From: Catajapyx aquilonaris
Lineage: Eukaryota
DNA length: 28,565 bases
Direction: 5' to 3'
Assembly: GCA_000934665.2 (NCBI GenBank)
Contig: KZ538323.1
Span: forward strand, 62,001 to 90,565
This document shows, one piece after another, positions 20,801 through 28,565 of the stretch (within the stretch, counting starts at the first letter, position 1; each line of letters starts with the position of its first letter). The position numbers and the translations under genes were made by a program. A model generated the notes under the pieces. That model was not told the DNA's origin. It ran no database searches and saw nothing but the letters and a program-made list of their open reading frames with translations.

Positions 20801-23800
20801 AGCTCCAGAGCTCATCTTCGGCTCCATAGATTACACCACGAAGATCGACATTTGGAGCGCAGGTTGCGTCCTGGCAGAGCTGCTTCTGGGTCAGCCCATC
20901 TTCCCTGGAGATTCTGGAGTGGACCAGTTGGTGGAGATCATCAAGGTTCTGGGTACCCCAACCCGAGAGCAGATCAAGGAGATGAATCCCAACTACACGG
21001 AGTTCAAGTTCCCGCAGATCAAGGCCCATCCTTGGCAGAAGGTCTTCAGGGTCCGAACACCACCGGAAGCCATCGACCTGGTGTCTCATCTTCTGGAGTA
21101 CACCCCGGAGACACGGATCACCCCTCTGGAGGCATGTGCCCACTCCTTCTTCAACGAGCTGAGAGAATCAAACACCAAGTTGCCCAACGGTAAGGATCTT
21201 CCTCCGCTCTTCAACTTCACTGAGCAAGAGATGGCCATCCAACCCACTCTCAACCATATCCTGATGCCTGGAACCTCTAAGACTGAGGCTGATGGAGGTT
21301 CAATCGGGGTCCCCAGCATCATAGATGAAGCAGCCTCCACTGGTGAAAACGAGTCGCAGCAGCCAGCAGCATCTTCTACCACCTCCTCCATAGCCTGAAG
21401 AGCTATCAGTCGCCACTACCTAACAAAGCCATCCGAAGAATTAGGAAAAAAAAAACAGTAAATATAGCCAAAAATATTAGTCAGGAAAATATTGGCACTA
21501 AGTTGAACCTTCCTCATTTTCCTTCAGATCAACACTGTACACAACCAGTGGAGGCCCAGAAGTGTGAAGATCCGTCTTGTTAAAAAAAAGGGTGTGAAAA
21601 ATATATAAAAGGGAAAAAAATGGCATTGTTGGCATCAGAGTGTAACTGGGACTAATAAGCTCTGGTATTAAAATTATATGTCACGTTGACTTTTTTAGTG
21701 TGCTTTATTTTTTTATTTTTTTTGTAAAGAAAATAAGGTTGAGTCTTAACCCCTTTTTTTCGTCATCCGCGTGCATATTATGGTCTTATTCAAATTTTCG
21801 TTGCAACTCATGGTGTGAAAGTGGTCGCAATTGAAGAATAATTGGGTATGCAAATGGTGCAGCTCTCACACTACAGGATATGTCTGGTCAAAAATCGTGC
21901 AAAAAAAGAAAGAAAGAAATTGTTTTTTTTTCGCGGATCACGATTTTTCCACTTCATGAACAGGGGCATTGCTCCCATTGTAAGTACTTATATCGCGAAA
22001 TCCACAAGAACCTTCTCACAAGTTGGTACCAACAACGAAGTCAGCATCAGAAGAAGAAAAAAAATGTCGCCCATAAAAATGACAATCAGCGAATTAAAAC
22101 AGTAAATTTCAACTATCTCTCGACGGGTGGGTTTTTAATCGTCTGAATGGGTTTTAATCAGTTTTAATATTCGAAGGGGTTTCAGTTGATTAAGTACCGT
22201 GCTGTGGGTTCGGTTTTTTTTTATCAGCAGGTTTGGCGTCGATCTGCGTTGGTCTGGTGCCGCCCATAGCCTTGGAAGAAAATGAATCACATCATCAATC
22301 AGCTGACCAGAGTACGACGAGAGGTCACACTGTCCAACAGGACCAACTGCAAGTTCGGACAGACACGTCCAGTGGACAGAGTGGACACCACAACAAGACT
22401 GTCCAATCTGAGGTTCCAGTTTGACAGAGTGGTCGGACCAAGAGGAGAAAGGATCTCAGCATACATCGTGCCCTCAGATGATGAACATCAGGTATAAAAA
22501 TGGAGAAAGTTTGTCCGTATGTTAGTATACACTTTCTAAAAAAAATCGAGTGAAAATTTCACTCTAAAAATGGACAATTTTCGAGTGAAAATTTCGATCA
22601 AAAATGAACAATTTTATAGTGAAAAATTCACTCTAAAAATGAACAATTTTATAGTGAAAAATTCACTCTAAAATGACCAATTTTCGAGTGGAAATGTCAC
22701 GCTAAAATGAACAATTTTCGAGTGGAAATTTCACTCTAAAATGAACAATTTTCGAGTGGAAATATCACTCTAAAAATGAACTATTTTCGAGTGGAAATTT
22801 CACTCTAAAATGAACAATTTTCGAGTGGAAATTTCACTCTAAAATGAACAATTTTCGAGTGGAAATGTCACTCTAAAAATGAACAATTTTCGAGTGGAAA
22901 TTTCACTCTAAAAATGAACTATTTTCGAGTGGAAATTTCACTCTAAAATGAACAATTTTCGAGTGAAAATTTCACTCTAAAATGAACAATTTTCGAGTGA
23001 ATTCAGGCATAATGGGACGAGACATTTTCGCGCAGGTGCAAAACATGTTCAGGTCTTGAAATTTTCTCACAGGTGTAACAAGTCTAGTACAACTACTGAC
23101 CTCGTATCGTTACACACACGCTTCTCATGCCTTGCAAAAAAGGTTGCAAATAAATTTGCAAAGAGTCGGACAGCCTCAAGGCCGTGAAAAAAAAAGAATC
23201 CTTGATGTGAACTTGATGCTAAAAGGCTTGACCTGCAGTGAGAACAGAGATTAATATTCTGGGGAGTGGTCATCAATCTGAGGTCGATTATCGTTTGTCA
23301 GGTCCCAGGTTTTTTTTTTCTTTCTTCTCCAAACAAACGATGCGCATTAGAACCTTGTCACTCGGTCCATCAACACTTCATTTTTTTTTTGTGGCGACTT
23401 CTTCTCGAACTAAAAAAAGCGTGACAAACTAATATTAATCCGCTAATTTTCAAGGCAAACCGCTACTAACAGTGGTTTTAAAAGGTCAAGACGTTGTCCA
23501 GGGAGATCCTGACCTTGTTCAAATCAGACTACCCAGGATGTAAGCCAATTACATTATTATACCACACCCACATCATTATTAGGCCTATACTATGATGCCA
23601 AAATTTGTATTGGACGTACATGACACCAACAGTTGGCGCGCATTATTATTTGCACACTACTGCCGCTCTCACGTTGGTGATGATCCTACATGCACGTTGG
23701 TGATGAGCCAACATGCACGTTGGTGATAATCCAACATGCACGTTGGTGATGAGCCAACATGCACGTTGGTGATGAGCCAACATGCACGTTGGTGATGATC

Positions 23801-26800
23801 CAACATGCACGTTGGTGATGATTCAACATGTATAGGGATAAAGCCAATTCTATGTCGTTTTAATTCAATATTTTGTGATAATCTGGTGACCTGCATTGTT
23901 TTTGATTTTTCAGAGCGAGTATGTGGCGGAGTATGACCAGCGACGGAGGTTCATAAGCGGTTTCTCGGGTAGTGCTGGTACGGCCATAGTGACCAGGACT
24001 AAAGCTGCGTTATGGACAGACGGAAGGTATTTCCTTCAGGCTGAGGACCAACTGGACTGCAACTGGATACTGATGAAGATGAACGTGCCTGGGGTACTTG
24101 ACCACTCCCCAGATAGTCCACTTGAAGGGGCATCAAACACTGCTTCTTTTATATTCAACGCTATGTTTTTTCAGGTCCCTACTTTTGCGGAATGGCTCGG
24201 AGCTGAATTGCGATTTGGAGACAGCGTTGGAGCAGATCCTAAGCTGATTGGTGCACAGACTTGGATCAAATGGGCTCAGGAATTTGGTCAGATTTTTTTT
24301 AACAATCTTAAGATGTGCTTAAAGAGGATGATTACGTAATGGACTTAATTGCAGATGCGTATGGGATCAAGCTGGTTGAAATAAGGACCAACCTGGTGGA
24401 TGAAATATGGACATTCCGTGACCATCGACCACGCCTATCCAACTCTCATATCTACGTTCACGAATTAAAATACGCAGGTCAGAAATTTTTACAACTTTCA
24501 AGTACCATATAAAACTCTTCAACAAAATGTTAGACACAGGATAAGTTTCATTAATTGCTCGGATAAACAAGGTGGCGATAAAGGAAGCTGCACCCTCATT
24601 TTTTTATGTGTGTACGAAGACTTTTAAACGAGGTGTCAAGGTTGGTGCTTCGTGTATCTAGGTTGAATTGCATAGTCCATTGGATCGGCAGGAAGAGACC
24701 TTTAAGGCTGACCACGCGACCATCTTTGACCTCCTATTCATACGCCAAAAAGTACAAGGCGTCTCGTCTGAAGGGCGTTTGATCATCACGCTTCGTTTAA
24801 GTTCGAGGGGGGCTAATTTGATAGGGGAAAAGGCAATTAGGAGCTCTGCTGGACGGAAATTAATTTTTTTTTTTTTTTGCAGTGAAAAGAGCTTCTAACT
24901 TTTATTTTATTAAAACTTCGCACGGGAATTGTAAAATAAATCGGACATAATACAAAGATGAAAGTTTGTCCATATCCCAGGGCTATTTAACTCCCTTCTG
25001 GACTACTGAGACTTGGCTGGAAAAATGCACAAAATTTATGATTTTTTTTTGGTTAGTTACTTGAAAATATTAATTGCAATATTTCTGTACAGGTAAGCCA
25101 TGGGAAGATAAGGTGCAGGAGTTGAGGAGTGAGCTGACCAGAAGCAAGATCGACATGATGGTGGTGACAGCATTGGACGAGGTGGCTTGGCTGTTCAACC
25201 TGAGGTCAAACGACGTCCGGTACAACCCAGTGTTCAGGTCGTACGCGATCGTCACTCCAGATGCGTTACACCTGTATGTGCCTGGAAGCAAAGTGTCGGA
25301 CGCACTGCGAAACCATCTGCATTCCAAACATTGCAAGACAGCCTTCTGCGTCAAGTAATTGTCCCACAACAACAACAACAACAACAACAAACAACAAAGT
25401 GAACCTCACATTGTCGTTTCAGATTGCACGATTACCAGGAGATATTCCATGATCTTCCAAGACAAGTCAGCCATTGGACCAAGGCGCTGATACCATCTCG
25501 GTACAGCTACTCAGGAGGAGCAAGTTACGCCATATATGAACTTGTAAGCCAGAACGAAATTAATGTCCAACATTGTATACTAAATTGTGACGTTGCAGGT
25601 ACATACTGACAAGAGGGTTGTAGCACCTTCGCCCATACTGTTCATGAAAGGAAGGAAAAATCCGACCGAAGTTCAGGGTATGAAAAACGCACATATACGA
25701 GACTCCGTGGCTCTTTGCAACCTACTGGCTCTTTTAGAGGAAGAGGTACGTGTACTTTATGGTGATCAGGAAAAAAAGGGTTTGACCGGTACATTGTCGG
25801 CAGGTACCGGCTGGAGTACACTGGGACGAACTGAAGGCAGCACATCAGCTGTTGGTGTACAGAGACGAGCAGGCACTGAACCAAGGAGCAAGCTTCGAGA
25901 CGATATCTGCATTCGGACCAAACTCTGCAATCATACACTACGTACCCACACTTGATACCAACGTGACCATCGACACCAAAAGCGTGTATCTGCTCGACTC
26001 AGGAGGACAATACTATGGTAACTTATTGCAGACGATTTAAAATTAATTTTGGTGTTTTTTGTTTGAATAAATACGTATTAGTATTCGAGATATGATCGAT
26101 CAAAGATACGGCTTTCTGACGTCACTGTGGTTAGGCAGGAGTGGGAATGTGCCCCTTAGGTCACGCCCCCTTTTTTCGCGCCAATTTTAAATTTATCGCC
26201 CGGCTTGTTTACATGTACTTGTGAACCCAAATATTGTTTCAGATGGTACGACGGACGTGACCAGGACCGTACACTACGGCACACCGACTGAGTTTCAGAA
26301 GGAGATGTACACACGAGTGCTGATGGGTCTGATCAACCTGGCGACACTCATCTTTCCTGATGGCACTACAGACTCTGATGTTGACCTTTTAGCCCGAATG
26401 CCCCTGTACGAAGCAGGTCTCAAGTACAGACACGGGTCAGGTCATGGCATCGGCTCGTTTCTAAACGTGCACGAAGGTATTGCAAATAACCCACTTGTAT
26501 TATAGACACGAAAAATTTTAGAAACTATTTTCTCACAGGTCCGATTCAGGTTACCAACTATGGGACAGAGTCACATGTTCTAGAGGAAGGCCAATTCCTT
26601 TCTAATGGTAAAAAAAAATAGAAAAAAATATAGTTGTCAATTTTTTATGTGGTGGTTGGTCTTATTGTCATTGCACTTTTTTCTCAGTAGGGCTTATTAC
26701 TAATTTGGCACTTGGCATGTTTAGTTGTTGTCCAGTAGTTTGTAGCTGTAATAATTGCTTGTTTGTGAACTTCTAGCAAACAATGAAACTTATGACTTGA

Positions 26801-27519
26801 ACATCTTTAGGTCTATTGGTAAGTTGTAGTGGTTTTTTTTGCATGATTTTGCTTATTAATTATTAAATGCATGAAATGTACTGCCATCTGAACTAATAAC
26901 AAGTCGACATATTTTAATTACACTATATTTTTTTACAGAGCCTGGTTACTACAAGGACTACGACTTTGGAATACGGCTTGAGGATATTATGCATGTGATT
27001 CGGAAAGAAACTCCGGTAAATTAAAAAAAAGAGGTAAATTAAAGAGTTAAATGCTGATTACAATTATTTGTGTTACAGTATGAACCGGATTCGTTATTTT
27101 ATGGGTTTGAGCCAATCACACTGGTGCCATTCGAGCCAAAAATGATTCTTCCGGACATGATGACCGATAAGCAGGTAATTTCATTTGCTATTTACCGAAA
27201 CAATAAATTAATTATAATTAAAATGAAGACTAGGTCACTGACGTTGTACTGTGTATACATAGTCGTATTAAATATTAATTATAATTTGATTTGAATATGT
27301 CTGTTCCAGAGGGAATGGTTGAACGAGTACAACGCACTAGTCAGGACAAAGGTCGGAGCACTGATGAAGCAGCAGGAAAGAATGAGGACATTCCACTGGC
27401 TCATGACCAAGACCAGCTACGTGGGTACTACAAATGTCAGTCATCGAATAGGTCCAACAATCATCCTGGTGCTTATGGCTATGCCTCTACTAAGATACGC
27501 CTCTCGTCTCTTTGTGTAG
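14859..27519 (+). CDS. Xaa-Pro aminopeptidase (aminopeptidase P, M24B), membrane/GPI type (XPNPEP2-like); apparent 1-nt frameshift in exon 2
   Basis: Exons 14859-14910 (inferred), 22228 or 22231-22491, 23914-24093, 24175-24286, 24355-24477, 25093-25354, 25423-25543, 25599-25745, 25804-26017, 26243-26476, 26539-26607, 26939-27015, 27079-27174, 27310-27519. Motifs [46 protein letters not shown]; metal-ligand motifs [23 protein letters not shown]...VHE, NEPGYY, GIRLED; hydrophobic C-terminal tail. Exons 2-14 are well supported by family motifs. Exon 1 is inferred from splice phase and signal-peptide continuity. Confidence 0.88.
16506..17526. mobile_element. Two tandem copies of a repeat-rich element (16506-16798 and 16831-17526), probably a non-autonomous DNA transposon remnant
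   Basis: Both copies start TACTCTTACATA...GTGAAAAA.TCACTCAAAAAA...AGCAATTTCG, share TTCACTCGAGTGA...GTGATTTT...CTCAAAACGAGTGGGAG, and end GTATGTCTTCAAA. Many CACTCGAGTG and GAGTGAAAA.TCACTC palindromes are present. Confidence 0.55.
17009..17338. repeat. Minisatellite, 24-bp unit (CAATGAAGGATAATTTTGACTCAA), about 13-14 copies
   Basis: Directly visible. It produces the 8-aa periodic ORFs (MKDNFDST on +, SQNYPSLL on -). Confidence 0.95.
20154..21398 (+). CDS. GSK3: Glycogen synthase kinase-3 (shaggy-like), kinase domain in a single uninterrupted ORF; probable retrogene
   Basis: ORF contains [101 protein letters not shown] and [12 protein letters not shown]. No stops or frameshifts. The first ATG is at 20154, after an in-frame TGA at 20136-20138. 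The true N- and C-termini may be spliced differently. Confidence 0.95.
   Translation: MGPSRAQLDRRRRSEKDSLSLDDDEDGSKVTTVVATPGQGPDRPQEISYTDTKIIGNGSFGVVYQAKLLETGALVAIKKVLQDKRFKNRELQIMRRLEHCNIVKLKYFFYSSGDKKEEVYLNLVVEYIPETVYKVARHYSKSKQTLPISFIKLYMYQLFRSLGYIHSMNICHRDIKPQNLLLDPDSGVLKLCDFGSAKHLVKGEPNVSYICSRYYRAPELIFGSIDYTTKIDIWSAGCVLAELLLGQPIFPGDSGVDQLVEIIKVLGTPTREQIKEMNPNYTEFKFPQIKAHPWQKVFRVRTPPEAIDLVSHLLEYTPETRITPLEACAHSFFNELRESNTKLPNGKDLPPLFNFTEQEMAIQPTLNHILMPGTSKTEADGGSIGVPSIIDEAASTGENESQQPAASSTTSSIA
21667..21672 (+). terminator. Candidate polyadenylation signal (ATTAAA) of the GSK3 transcript
   Basis: ATTAAA about 270 nt after the stop, followed by GT/T-rich sequence at about 21690-21725. Confidence 0.3.
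22545..23001. repeat. Tandem array, 34-35-bp unit with internal palindrome (AATTTTCGAGTGGAAATTTCACTCTAAAATGAAC), about 13 copies
   Basis: Directly visible in aminopeptidase intron 2. Each unit carries the GAGTG(A/G)AAATTTCACTC hairpin. The array is preceded by TACACTTTCTAAAAAAAAT at about 22527. Confidence 0.95.
23670..23830. repeat. Minisatellite, 23-bp unit (CACGTTGGTGATGATCCAACATG), 7 copies
   Basis: Seven consecutive near-identical units with internal GTTGG/CCAAC inverted repeats, ending about 80 nt before the exon 3 acceptor. Confidence 0.95.
25366..25397. repeat. (CAA)n microsatellite in aminopeptidase intron 6
   Basis: About 10 CAA units with one interruption inside the 68-nt intron 25355-25422. 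Confidence 0.9.
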
Positions 27520-27892
27520 TTGACCATGAAGCAACAGTACTGCCGAAGTTGAAACCCCCTTTTCAAAAAAAAATCATGCTTTTTTAAATGTGAATTATGC
27601 TGAGCATCTCATCTCTACACACTCTGCATGAAACGTCTTGTGTATCGAAAAAAAATATAGCCAAGAGAGGTATAGTTTTTACAGAGCGGAAATCATCCCC
27701 CCTTCTCATCGACTGCAGCAGGTGACATATCTCATAATTATTATTTGCCCAAGTGTTCGTGACTTTTTTGTGTATATACAGGAGAGAGCAACATACTGTG
27801 TACATAATAGTGTTTACTTCCATTTTAACTGCCATGTAAAGTGTGGCAATAAGCAGTTTATGTACTACCTAACCAGGATTGTGAATGACGAG

Positions 27893-27898
27893 AATAAA
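27893..27898 (+). terminator. Candidate polyadenylation signal of the aminopeptidase gene
   Basis: AATAAA about 370 nt after the stop at 27519, with a T-rich tract downstream. Confidence 0.45.
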
Positions 27899-28096
27899 AA
27901 ATAATGCAGTGTCAACATCAGGATAATATGGCAGTTATTTTATTGTCAAGTATTTTGTTCCTAGAAAAATGATGAACTATAATAGTAGCTGGTAAGGCGA
28001 CAGAAAAAAAAACAGAAAAAGTTAGTCACTCTAGTGCTTCAATATATTGAAGCAGTAAATTGACTTGACCTATCCCGTAATGTCTTCATCAGTTGT

Positions 28097-28175
28097 GGGC
28101 AGCTGGTCTAGTGGTTAAGACGTTGCATTAGTGATTAGAAGGTCGGTGGATCGAATTCCACTCTGGTCACTTCCC
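28097..28175 (+). mobile_element. tRNA-derived SINE head or degenerate tRNA pseudogene
   Basis: Pol III A box TGGTCTAGTGG (28104-28114) and B box-like GGATCGAATTCC (28148-28159) at tRNA-like spacing, but no convincing acceptor or anticodon stems. Confidence 0.55.
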
Positions 28176-28565
28176 ATTTTATATCCTCTTCTTCTTCCAT
28201 GCCAATTTTCGGGTCAATCTCGGAAGGGCAAAGAAGAGGAGGACAGGGGGCGGAAGAGAAGCATTATTTTTAAACTGCTACATTATATGAAAATAGACTA
28301 TCTAAAACCGCGCCGACGATCTGCGCATCTCCACCCACGGCCTTAGAAGCGGGTGGGGATTTATTTTTCTTTTATGAATCCATTGAGAAAAAGCCACGAT
28401 GCAGTGATGCCATTAGCAGCAGTCACATTTTAATATATAAATCATAAGAAAAAGAAGAAGAAAGAGAGAAAAAGTGTGCCGAACAGGTATCGAACGACCG
28501 TCCTCATGATCACAAGGAGGTGACCATAACCACTCGCCTACTCCCCATCCACACCGATTAGCGGC

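Noticed and set aside
20171..21391. Antisense and alternative-frame ORFs overlapping GSK3
   Set aside because: Expected shadow ORFs of GC-rich coding sequence, with no recognisable protein.
22545..23830. CRISPR-like appearance of the palindromic 34-35-bp and 23-bp arrays
   Set aside because: Units are contiguous with no unique spacers, there are no cas genes, and they lie in a eukaryotic intron.

Overview
Gene-dense eukaryotic genomic DNA, probably from an arthropod (AT-rich, many 53-100 nt GT-AG introns, TCAGTT initiator-like motif). Six protein-coding genes could be spliced by hand, all on the + strand: (1) the 3' end of a beta-1,4-GalNAc/Gal-transferase (GT7 family); (2) a complete tandem paralogue of it with an altered WGWGGEDDD motif (EDSD); (3) a SMYD4-like TPR-SET-MYND methyltransferase; (4) a GPI-type ecto-5'-nucleotidase; (5) a membrane-type Xaa-Pro aminopeptidase (aminopeptidase P); (6) a GSK3/shaggy kinase whose kinase domain has no introns. 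The main finding is that the aminopeptidase signal-peptide exon appears to lie at 14859-14910. That places the GSK3 ORF (20154-21398), which lacks the Ser9 inhibitory motif, inside a ~7.3 kb first intron on the same strand, with phase-compatible acceptors that could let it use the host first exon. Aminopeptidase exon 2 carries an apparent 1-nt frameshift. The introns also hold a MITE with a 9-bp target-site duplication inserted into a hairpin, and three tandem arrays (24, 34-35 and 23 bp units). A tRNA-like (SINE-head) remnant lies near the window end. All gene models are manual, with no database or RNA support.
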